From: Ministeria vibrans ATCC 50519
Lineage: Eukaryota > Protista > Filasterea
Assembly (NCBI GenBank): GCA_943704425.1
Contig: CALSCP010002306.1
Span: forward strand, 1 to 44,946
Length of the DNA: 44,946 nucleotides
Reading direction: 5' to 3'
Shown: positions 23,231 to 34,296 of the stretch, piece after piece
Numbering within the stretch: position 1 is the stretch's first letter
Layout: each line of letters opens with the position of its first letter
Notes under the pieces: model-generated
The model's database searches: none
What the model was told of the DNA's origin: nothing
The model's input: only the letters and a program-made list of their open reading frames with translations
Translations under genes and position numbers: made by a program

Positions 23231-23607
23231 CCATCAATGGCAAATTGGCAATGATTGACCAAACGGAGTCTGGAGCGACACTTAAAAAGACTACACCAGC
23301 CAGCTGGATAGCACACTATTATGGTAGGAACACTTTTTAATAACTATTAGAATTTGATGCACAGGATATAGTGACAACCATCACCATGTTCACTCCCTGC
23401 CCGTATTGTGCCGATGAGTGATGATACAGAAGGCACAAAAGCTGCTGCAACGCTGACTATGTTTCTCTCGATCTGTCAGAAAGCGCATCAACGAGGGTCA
23501 ACGTGAACGTCACATCAATATTCAATAATGAATAATCAATCTTTTTCCCTTCCCCTCCTCCTGTACACTTTCCCCTCTCCCTCGCTCTCACTCCCTACAA
23601 ACTAACC

Positions 23608-26600
23608 ATGAACCTGGCAATCGGCCTGATGGCGCTGGCACTCGTGGCAGGCGCGCACGCCAACTGTGACCTGGTCGTGGGAACAGACACGTCCTTATCC
23701 GAAACGCTCTCCGTGCTCAACCAATGCCAGAGCCTCACCTCGCTCAGCTTCACCGGCACGCCCAACCTCAGCTTCACCACACTGCTGGCGGGCCTGACCG
23801 ACATCACTGGCGAGCTGGGCTTCTACGGATTCACCGGCGCCCTCTCCACCTTTGCTCTCTCCTTCCCCAACCTAAAAACGCTCGGGAGCCTCACAGTCAA
23901 CGGGACCACCAACCTTGCCTCCATCGACCTGCCCAACCTCCAAGCCATCACTAATACGCCCTTTAGGGTGACGGTATGTATGCCAAAAGGGGATTTCTGT
24001 TGCGTCGCAGCACGCCCTGCCGCCCCACCTCAATACCGCATCCCGTCCGCGCCCATGCTTCTCCCTGCGACACGAACACGTTGCAACCGTCCTAGTGCCC
24101 GTACCACCCGTCGTGGTCCGTATGCCCAGACGAACTTGAAGCAAATGCAAACAATGCATTTCGTTGAACATAAATATCTGTCCTCTACACCGCAACCCTT
24201 TTGCGCTCCTGTTTCTTCCCCCAACGCGAACGCATTACAACCAATTTTACAGTGTGTTTGTCGTGCTTTGCATGACCACGCGACCTTGGCAGTTTGATTT
24301 CTCACCAAACCTAAATTTCCTTCCTTAGTTCAACGACCATCTCTTGACCATTACCGGCTCGCGGTTGGTCCAATGTGCCTCGAATACGGAGTTTATCATC
24401 GACGGCAATGCCCATCTGCTCTCGGTGCCGATCATCTCGCACATCTCAACGAGCACGCTGGGTTCGTTGACGCTGCAGAACAACGAAAAGCTCGCGTCGC
24501 TCTCCATCGCCCTGTCGGCGGTCGGCCACCTGCGCATCGTTGGCTGCAACAGTCTCACAACCATCAGCAATCTTGGAACGACAGCGATGACAACCATCGA
24601 CTCGGTGTTTGTGGGCTCCAATGCAGCCCTCCAACAGTTGACGGGTCTCCGGTCGGTCGTCCAAGTGGGCGCCATCACTATTGTGGACAATCCGTCGCTC
24701 GTGTCCATCGACCTTCTCACAAGCGACGCGCTTGACGTTGTGCACGGCAGCGTGTTGGTGACTAACTGCCCGCTGCTTAACTACATCCAACTGCTGCCCT
24801 TCGCGTCTATCGTCGACGGCAACGTCACCATCAACAAACTACCGAAAATGACTTCGCTCAGTGATCTCTTTGGCAATGTCGAGAAGATCAAGGGCTCCTT
24901 GCGCATCGAAGATATGCTCACCATGGGGGCCATTGGTCGGGCAACGGGTCAGACGCTCACCTCGAGCTTTTCATCCTTTGACTATCTGCTGGAAGTGGGT
25001 TCCGACGTTGTCATTTGTATGCAAATAACAGCAAAAAAACAAACAAAAAAAAACACAATATCATGTGCCCCCCTGTCTGATCCCCCCTTCTCTTTTTCCC
25101 TTTCCTTGCATAGGCAACAACGCCGTCGTGAACAACCTGGACGAGCTTGAGTTTGTCGAGGAGATTGGACTAACGCTAACACTGTGCAGCAACGCACTGC
25201 TGTCGCGCACCTCGTTTGGGGGTCTGCTGCGCCAAGGCCAAGGGCTGCCTCAGAACCACAATTCTGTGGGCATCACTATTGAGAACAATGCGCTGCTCAA
25301 AGAGATCTCGTTGGACGGGCTGAGCACCATTGTGGGCACTCTTATCATCAAGAACAACGACAAGCTCGTCTCCATCAATGGTCTGTACTCCCTTGAGACC
25401 GTCGTTGGCGTAAGGCCTCTTTCACTTTTTTTTTTCATCTCTCTTTATCTTGTCTGACACTACTTATGACGCAGGACATTAAGATTGAAGACAACGACAA
25501 GCTGGTGTCGGCGGGAATTCTCTTCGACATGAGCGGCGGGTCTGGCTCGGCCTTTGGCTTCCACTTTATTTTGTCGGGCGTCGCGAACATTGTCATCAGC
25601 AACAACCCACGTCTGTGCGCCCACAACATCCACGGTCTCGACCTCGTTGCGTCCGGCACGGTAACGATCATCAACAACGCAGCCCCTGGGGGCGTCTGCC
25701 AAGTCGGAGTGCTCCAGGAGCTTAATGCAACGGCTGCACTCACAGCGGGCAGCGCACAGCTCGTCGCCGGCTACATGTTCAACTTGACGCTCAACCACAA
25801 CTGGGAGGACGACTTTGACGACGACGACGAGTCCTGGGGGACCATGTTTACCGCAATGGACGTACGGTTTTGCCCGAGGACGTATTAGAGTATATCTTAT
25901 TTCTCATTTTTCCATGATGTAGGAGCTGATCGAGTATGGGCTGACAGAAGGCATTGATGACGATCTCTTTGAGAGCACCGAGCGTGCCATGCACGAAATG
26001 TTCAAGCCAGCTGCTCTGCAGAAAATGCGTTCCACCAAACTTGGCAATAAGTTTGGCGATCGTGTTGAAGATATGGCTTTTGCGGCGCTTCTCAATCAGC
26101 CTTGTGGCACCGAAAAGTTTGTAAGCGATTTGTTGTCTCACTCACTCATTTGTGCCCAATGGCGACTCATTCACCCCCTTCTCCCCTCCCTCTCTTTTCA
26201 GAGCAACTCCACGTACCTGGCACAACGACAGCGCAAAATCGACAGCGCAACGCTGCCAGGGCTGTTTCAAGTGGACTCGGCCGGAGGAGAGTCGGTTCAG
26301 ATTGACATTCCCGACCAATTTGCTTCGGAAATTACCGCTAGCTCGTGCTACTCGATGCAGATGACACTCATTGTCGACAATCCGTATGTATCGTCGCGCG
26401 TCGACCAGGACGGCCTCGTCGACTCGCCCGTCTTTGGCTTTGGTCTGTCGGGCGTGACTGTCTTGGGTCTGTCCGACTCGGCGAGCATCAGCTTCACTTT
26501 GGCTCACTCCAACACGAGCATTACGCTGCCGCGAGTGTGTACCTTCTGGGCAACCGCCGACGGGGGTTGGTGGAGCACCGTAGGGTGCACGCGAACGGCG

Positions 26601-27927
26601 ACCAATACAACGCACACCACCTGCAAGTGCTCACACGCCACCAACTTTGCGCTGCTCGTCGACACATCAGGTTCGTCGCTCTCGTCGTCGCAGGCAACGG
26701 CCATCTCGGTGCTCACCTACATTGGGTGCATTGGCTCCATCATTGGCGCCGCCATCTACTTGGTCACCTTTGGGGTGCTATCGACTCTTCGTTCGGGTCC
26801 CACCATTCTTACCATGCACTTGTGTGCCGCTCTTATCGGCGCCAACCTTGTCTTCCTCGTGGGCGTCGACGAGACGGCCAATCAAGCGGCGTGCACGGCC
26901 GTCGCTGCACTCCTCTACTACTTTCTGCTTGCCTGCTTTGCCTGGATGCTGTGCCTCGGCTACAGCATCTGGACGCTGCTGGTCAAGGTGGAACAGCAAA
27001 CGCAGCGCAGCATGGTTCAGTACGTGTTTGTTGGCTGGGGTCTGCCCCTGATCGCTCTCATCATTGTGCTCATTGTCGAGTACACCACCAACGAGAGTGT
27101 GCAGCTGGGTAACCCGAATAACTGTTGGATTGGCTCACGCATGGGTCTCGTGGGCGCCTTCCTCATCCCCGTTGCGTGCGTCGTTCTCATCAACATCTAC
27201 GTGCTCGTGCGCGTCGTGCACGTCCTTCGCCAGAACGAGCAGGCCAACCGCCAGCGCAAGGGTGCCAGTGCCAACCACCAGCAGCTCTTTATCTATGTCT
27301 CTCTCCTCGTCACACTTGGCGCCACCTGGGTATGTGTCTTGACGGACACGTCTCTTGTGGATGTTGTTGCTGATCCTCTCTTTTGAATAGATCTTTGCCT
27401 ATCTTGCCATTGTGGTCAACCACTTTGTGTTTTGGGTCTTCTTTGTCATTCTCAACTCATCGCAAGGTACATAGCCTTGCACACAGCATTCCATGTCTGT
27501 TCCCTCTCACACACACACTCTGTTGCATTTAGGCATTCTTCTGTGTCTGGCATACTGTTTCCGTCAGCGTGTGCTGGACGAGTGGCGCAAGAAACTGGGT
27601 CTACACAAGGGCAAACTGTCGTCAAGTAAGGCAACACAGTCGACGGGCAAGACGACGCTGTCGGACACAGCCGGCAAGGGTCGCACGACCACGGTGCTCA
27701 TGTCGAGCGACGCCTTCGACACGACTCTTGTGTCGTCGCAGGGTGATCCCATGTCGAGTGCGCCCTACCTCGACGAGGAGAAGACGGCCACCGACCACGA
27801 GACGACCGTCGAGGGTATCGACGCTGACGAGTGCCAACGCGCCACCACCGAGATGACCAGTGTGCATTCGCTTTCGTCCTCTGCCAATGGCGATGAACAA
27901 CATCAACCTGAACATGTGGAGGAGTAA
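23608..27927 (+). CDS. Adhesion-class GPCR: signal peptide, receptor-L-domain/Ecm33-like LRR ectodomain, GAIN/GPS and secretin-type 7TM
   Basis: Signal MNLAIGLMALALVAGAHA. Repeats of type FPNLKTLGSLTV.GTTNL, LSTIVGTLIIKNNDKL. GPS CTFW...WSTVGC...TTCKCSHATNFALL. 7TM motifs LTYIGCIGS, HLCAAL, CTAVAALLYYFLLACFAWM, GWGLP, CWI, LGATW|IF, NSSQ|G. Eight exons, all GT-AG. Confidence 0.92.
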
Positions 27928-28127
27928 GTGTGTTTTTGACCTTCTTGTACAGTACATACAGTTTTATTAATAATTTTATTATTATAATTATTAATAATAT
28001 TTATTATTGATGATCAACAAAATAATATAAAACTGTGTGAAACCATAAAAACTGAATCATAATTCAATTCATAACAAAAGTCAAAAAAAAACAAAAATAT
28101 TTGACCACTCCAAAGTTTGATTGTATC

Positions 28128-29757
28128 ATGCCCCGGCTTGCATACTTTGCGTTGGCTGCCGTTGCGTGCGTTGCGTGCGTGTCTGCAATGTCTTTCGACG
28201 ACTTTACCGCAACCTTCCAGAAGAAGTACGACGCCGCGGAGACCGAGGCCCGCCGCACGACCTTTCTTGTAAGAACGCGCCTCTACCGTCCGCTTGCATG
28301 CGTGTGTGCCTGGGCATATCCTTTCCTTGTTTTGCAAGCGAGCAGGAGTGTTTTTTTTATTTTATTTTTATTGTTCCCCACAATGTCGAGGCTGCTGCTG
28401 TAGCACACAGCGCGGACGGCTGCTTAACAGGGCGTGTCTGACTTGGCTCTCTCTCTGTCTCTCTATCACTTTGTTTATTTGTCTCTATGACTTTGTCTCT
28501 ATCGCTTTGTCTCTATCACTTTGTCTCTCTCTCTTTCGCGCGCTCTCTCTCTCTTTCGCTCTCTCTATCTCTCTCTTACTCTCTCTTTTTTTTTTCTCTC
28601 TCTCTTTCTCTGTCTCTCTCTGTGCTGCAGGCGAATGCGCAGCGCATTGCCGACCACAATGCGCGCGGCGAGTCGTACACGCTGGGCTTTACCGAGTTCG
28701 CTGACATGACCTTTGAGGAGTTCAAGCGCGATCGCTTGATGGCGACCGCACCCCAGCATTGCTCGGCGACGGCAGGCACCAAAGGTAAGCAACATAGCAA
28801 CCTTTATTTGGTTGTTTGCTTTCTTACACTCTCTCTGCATAGGCACGTACCGCATTCCGGAGAATGCTGCCGCTCGTCCCGAGATGATTGACTGGCGTGA
28901 CTTTGGAGTGGTGAGTCCCGTGGAGGACCAAGGATCGTGCGGCAGCTGCTGGACGTTTTCGACGACGGGCGCCATGGAGTCGCACTATGCGCTCAAGCAC
29001 CGTGAGATGCGTCAATTCTCGCAGCAGCAGCTTGTGGACTGTGCACAAGCGTTTGACAACCATGGATGCGAGGGTGGACTGCCGAGCCACGCCTTCGAGT
29101 ACATTGCGCACGCCGGCGGCCTTGAGCTGCTCTCGTCATACCCGTACACCGGCAAGGACGGTCACTGTGCCTTCAACGCGTCGCGTGCCGTTGGAAAGTG
29201 CCTTCGCTCCGTCAACATTACGGCCGGTGACGAAGAAGAGGTAAGTTGTGAACAGAAGAAGGATAAAAAGTTAATTGTGTGTGTGTGTGTGTAGTTGACG
29301 GATGCCATTGGCCGAGTGGGACCAGTGAGTGTGGCGTATCAAGTGGCCTCTGACTTCCATCTCTACAAGTAAGCAGTGAACGGGGAGAGGCGGGACAAGA
29401 GGCAAAGAACAGCAGCAGCAGCAGCATCAGCGTTGGACTGATGCAAAATATGTGTGTGTAGGTCTGGGGTGTACCACTCCAAGGAGTGCAAGAATGGCCC
29501 GATGGACGTGAACCACGCTGTACTTGCCGTCGGCTACTCCCACGATCACATGAGCGACATGCCCTTCTACATCATCAAGAACTCGTACGTCTTTTATCTT
29601 TGCATCTCTTTATGCGTCTAGTGCTCACTCTTTTCTCTCGCTCTCTCTTCTGTGTCTCAGGTGGGGCACCTCGTTTGGAATGGACGGTTATTTTTGGATT
29701 CTGCGCGGACAAAACGAGTGCGGAATCTCCAACTGCAACTCATACCCTGAGATGTAG
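28128..29757 (+). CDS. CTSH: Cathepsin H-like papain-family (C1A) cysteine protease with I29 propeptide
   Basis: Signal peptide; propeptide FADMTFEEF; mini-chain APQHCSAT; DWR...VSPVEDQGSCGSCWTFSTTGAMES; GCEGGLPSHAFEYI; VNHAVLAVGY; KNS|WG. Stop TAG at 29755-29757. Confidence 0.93.
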
Positions 29758-29832
29758 TAGACTCAATGAAACGAAACGGAAAATCCCATTCATCGATAAT
29801 AAGAATGATTAGTTTGAAAAGGACGTTTTCTT

Positions 29833-32355
29833 TTACTCTTTAACCCAAACACACTTTGTCTCAGTGTAGAGCTCAAGAGCCTGTTCGCCCTTTTCACGAC
29901 CAATGCCACTCTGCTTGAAACCACCAAAAGGCGCCGCAATTCCATACTGGTGGTATGTGTTGACCCACACTGTTCCCGCACGCAGCGCATTGGTCACCTG
30001 TGGACAAGACAGTGTGAGTGGATGGGAAAACGACAAAGGGAGAGGAGGGAGAAAGAAACAAAGTAATAGAAAGAGGAGGGAGAAAGAAACAAAGTAATAG
30101 AGAGAGGAGGGAGAGAGAAACAAAGTGACAGAGAGAGAGAGGAGGGAGAGAGAAACAAAGTAATAGAGAGAGGAGGGAGAGAGAAACAAAGTAATAGAGA
30201 CAGGAGGGAGAGAGAAACAAAGTGACAGAGAGAGAGAGGAGGGAGAGAGAAACAAAGTAATAGAGAGAGGAGGGAGAGGGAAACAAAGTAATAGAGAGAG
30301 GAGGGAGAAAGGAACAAAGTAATAGAGAGAGGAGGGAGAAAGGAACAAAGTGATAAAGAGAGAGAGAGAGTGTGTGTCTTTGTAGGTGACTGAGTGAGTG
30401 TGTGAATGGAAAGTGCTTAGTGTGCTTGGTGTGCGAGTCAGAAAGTATGACGCATAAAATATAAAAAGATAAAAAATGAAGTAATAATAAGGATACCTTC
30501 ATTGCCGTCTTCATGTTCTTGGTGAAGACAGACGCCGCCAGACCATAGTCGGTCTGGTTGCCCAGCTCAATCGCCTCCTCCACCTACACACAACGCCCCA
30601 ATGAGTCCGTCTATCTATTTATGCACACACCCCATGTCACTTCTTGTCTTGTGTCTCACCGTCTTGAACTTGATGATGGAGAGAACCGGGCCAAAGATCT
30701 CCTCCTGGTAGATGCGGTGCTCGGGCTTGACGTCGCTGAAGATGGTCGGCTGGACAAAAAAACCGTTGCCCTCGCCCTTGTCGCCGCCCAGGGAGACGGT
30801 GGCGCCCTGCTCCTTGCCCGACTTGATGAAGTCGAGGATGCGACAGTGCTGCTCCTCGCTCACTTGCGCGCCCATCTCTGTGCCCGCTTCGAACGGGTTG
30901 CCGACCTTCATGGCCTTGGCACGTGCCACAGACTTGCGTACGACCTCGTCGTAGATGGCCTCCTGCACAAACAAACGCGAGCCGGCCGTGCACACCTCGC
31001 CCTGGTTGAAGAAGATGGCGCGGTTCGCGTACTCGACGGCCTCGTCGACGTCGCAATCGTCCATGAGGATCACCGGCGACTTGCCTCCCAGCTCCAGCGA
31101 CACACGCTGTGCGCAATGCATCGTCAGAAAGAGTGGAAACGTCACGGAAATAGACGCACCAACACAACGAACCACACTCTCTAATCATACGCACCTTGAG
31201 CGTAGCTGCAGCACCCGCCATGATGATCTTGCCAACTTCGGGCGAGCCTGTAAACGCGACCTTGTCAACACGCTTGTGCTCGACCAGGCGTCCGCCACAC
31301 GTGGGCCCAAAGCCCGGCACAATGTTGACAACACCCGCGGGAAAGCCCGCCTCGGCAATGAGTTCGCCCAGCAGCAGCGCAGTCAGCGGCGTCTGCTCCG
31401 CCGGCTTCAGCACAACCGTGTTGCCCGTGCACAGCGCCGGACCCAGCTTCCACGCCGCCATCAACAGCGGGAAGTTCCACCTACAAATGCAAAAAGTAGT
31501 GAGCGGATTGGTGGAACGAGTTGCAGCGGCTGTGTGCCAGCCACTATAATTCTTGTACGGGATGATCTGGCCAATGACACCCACTGGCTCGCGTCGAGTG
31601 TAGCAAAAGTGACCGCCGTCCGCCGGAATCGTCTTGCCGTGAACCTTGTCTGCCCAGCCGGCGTAGTAGCGCAGACACTCAACCGACAGCGGAATGTCTG
31701 CGTTGAGAGTCTCGCCCTATCAACAACCCAAACAAAAAAACAGTGCATCAAAAAAAAAGTTAGTCATAAAAAACAAAAAAAACAAAGAAGAAAGAAAGCG
31801 TACAAAGGGCTTGCCGTTGTCCAGCGTCTCCAGAGCAGCAAACTCCTCGACGCGGGCCTCGAGCAGGTCGGCCAGCTTGAAGATGAGGCGGCCGCGCTGC
31901 GTGGCGGACAGCGCCGACCACTCACCGCCAAACGCCGCACACGCCGCCTCCACCGCAGCGTCAATGTCCGCCGCACCGCCCTCAGACACAGCGCCAATCG
32001 ACTGGCCGTCAAAGGGGCACACGTTGTCAAAGGTCTTGCCTGAGACGCTGTCGACATACTGATAAGAGAGAGACAGAGAGAGAGTGAAAAAAAAAAACAA
32101 CATTGGTCAAAAAAACAGAAAAAAACAAAACAAAAATCACAGGAGCTCTACACTGCCACTGTTGTGGCGAGAACACTCTAGATAGACACACGCACGGTGT
32201 ATGGTGGGCAGTACGCAGCGCGCCGGACGACAGGGCGCGCTGTAGAAGAGCCAAAGGAACACAATGCGAACCTGGTTGTTGATGAAGCACTGGGTGCGGA
32301 TCTTGAAGGAGCGCCCCGAGTGCGTAACGTCCGTAGTAGTACCGCCGCACGACAT
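29833..32355 (-). CDS. Aldehyde dehydrogenase, ALDH1/2-like
   Basis: [21 protein letters not shown]|[39 protein letters not shown] (catalytic Cys), [31 protein letters not shown]. Confidence 0.95.
30035..30370 (+). repeat. Intronic 31-35 bp minisatellite (gagaggagggagagagaaacaaagtaata)
   Basis: About 10 copies in the last ALDH intron; the same unit family as 11938-12225. Confidence 0.9.
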
Positions 32356-32548
32356 AATGCTTCAAGGAACTTTTAGAAGAAAAGAGAGAGAGAAAAAAGA
32401 GAGAGAACTATAAACTTAAACGTCTTAAAGAGTAAAGACTTGAGAGTAAAGTGATTTATGTTAAGTGAAGGGATGACATTCATTCTGCTCTCTTTTCTTT
32501 TATTCGTATTGGTATTTTTTCCTTGTCTCTCACACACACACACACTTC

Positions 32549-33005
32549 TCATTCGGCTACAGCCGACTCTGATTCCCCGCGAGGACGTTTGGCATCCTCG
32601 TCATTGGTGCCTTCGTCGTCGTGGGGGCGCTTCGTCGAAGGTGGGGGGTTATCGGCACTGGGCGCTGTTGGGGTGCCATTGGCACCAACAGCCGCAACGG
32701 CGCTAGGTGGAAGAGGCGCAGCGACAAACGCCGAGGGTGTCGCAGCGGGGGGCATGGGCGGCACCACAGCACCCGTCCCGGCAAAGGCAGAAGTGGGAGG
32801 CGCAAGAGGCTGCGCAAACGTGGACGAGGGTGCACTGGGAACCTGAGGGAAAGCAGAGGGCGCTGGTGCAGAGAGCGCGCCAGCTGTTGTTGTTGCTGCT
32901 GTGGGTGCTGATGGAGATGCTGAGGCAGCCTGGACAGCAGTAGGGGCGTTCGCGACTGGCGCTATTACAGGACTCGATTCGGCAGTGTCTTGTGAGGTCT
33001 GCTGT

Positions 33006-33040
<35 letters not shown>

Positions 33041-33450
33041 TTGTTGTTGCTGCTGCTGCATGTGCTGTTGCTGCATTTGCATCTGCTGAGCCATTTGCTG
33101 CTGCTGCTGCTGTTGCAGCATATGCTGTTGTTGTTGCTGCTGTGCGACCATGTGCTGTTGTTGCTGTTGCTGCTGCATCTGTATCTGCTGCATTTGCTGC
33201 ATGGTCAGACCGCTGGCATGCGCACTGCCTGCCGGACCACCAGGGACGGCCGCTACGGCTCCTGTGGCGGCTCCTCCTTGCTGTGCCATGGGCAATGGCG
33301 CAAGCGTACCAGACACTTGTGAGAGGGCCATCAGGTTGCCCTGTGCAGGCACACCCCCCCCCGCCTGCTGTGGCTGCTGCTGCTGCTGCTGGTGAGAGGC
33401 ACCAACGACACGCGGCGGAATGGCATTGGTCGGTGGTGCCAATTGCTGCG

Positions 33451-33481
<31 letters not shown>

Positions 33482-33805
33482 TTGTTGTTGTTGCTGCTGA
33501 GGCGCACCCTGTTGCTGTGCGCTGGCCGCAATTGCCTCCTCCAGCTCAGCCATGGTCACCTGCTCCGCACGCGCAATCTGCTGCAGGTAGTGCTGCTGCG
33601 CTTCGGCGGGCAGGTGCGACAGGATTGTCTGGAAGAGGCTGTTGTAGCGCTTGTTCACCTCGGCGTATTTGTGCACTTCAATGTTCAACTGGTACGCCAT
33701 GTCGTAGTACGAAATGTACAGCCGCTGCAGCTCCGACCGCTCCGTCACGCTCTTTTCAAACTCATGGCGCAGCGCAGCGTACTGCGTTTGAAGAAAAACA
33801 AACTC
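32549..33805 (-). CDS. Groucho/TLE N-terminal Q-domain protein with polyQ and Ala/Pro-rich tail, no WD40 (AES/TLE5-like); its own 5' exon is not found
   Basis: [57 protein letters not shown]...[14 protein letters not shown] aligns by eye with the TLE Q domain ([46 protein letters not shown]...ERAKQVTMAEL). Candidate acceptor AG at 33807-33806. NLS-like KRP...KRPR lies before the stop. Confidence 0.85.
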
Positions 33806-33830
33806 CTTCGCGTGCGAGCAACATTGGGGG

Positions 33831-33869
<39 letters not shown>

Positions 33870-33909
33870 GTGAATGGCGGGAACGTGTGCAAAGGAGTAA
33901 AGGGCATAC

Positions 33910-34160
33910 CATGCTCGAAGGGAGAGAAGGTGCCGGCGTCCAGGTTGAGGTAGGGGTCGATTTTGATGTGGGTGGTCCTCAAGCCTCCAGCCTGCAGCAG
34001 ACACGGGCGGGAGGAGGAGTGCAGTCGCATGTCGGGATGGGTGAGTGGGCGAGAGCGTTTCGAAACGCTTTCTTACTTTGGTAATGACACCGACGCTGCT
34101 GGCAATAATGCCCTTTCCGATGCCCGAGATGACTCCGCCCGACACAAGTACGTACTTCAT
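33910..34160 (-). CDS. CTPS: CTP synthase, first two exons only (about 55 aa)
   Basis: Exon 34160-34077 [28 protein letters not shown] and exon 33991-33910 [27 protein letters not shown](G). The expected continuation (GEVFVL.DG.E.DLDLG) is absent. Confidence 0.9.
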
Positions 34161-34296
34161 TATGCAAAAATTAAAAAGTTTGTCAAAATGACTCTTGTTG
34201 TGATTTTATAACTTTTATTTGTGTGTTTTGTGTCTTCACTCTGTCTTGTTCTGTCAAAACTCACTCAGTCATTCAGAAGTCAGAAGTACTTCGTGC

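Noticed and set aside
23193-23262. Direct repeat flanking NNNNNN as a target-site duplication
   Set aside because: This is the typical pattern of an unmerged contig overlap at a scaffold gap.
23417-23458. GTGATGA...CTGA resembling a C/D box RNA
   Set aside because: Only about 40 nt, too short, with no recognisable rRNA guide.
29998-30496. ALDH last intron begins GTATCCTT, like a U12-type donor (also GTATCCTG near 15368)
   Set aside because: There is no CCTTAAC-type U12 branch point near either acceptor, so these are most simply U2 introns.
30558-32043. Long antisense ORFs over ALDH (also over RPL13, PMA1 and TMEM131)
   Set aside because: These are shadow ORFs caused by GC-rich codon bias on the coding strand.
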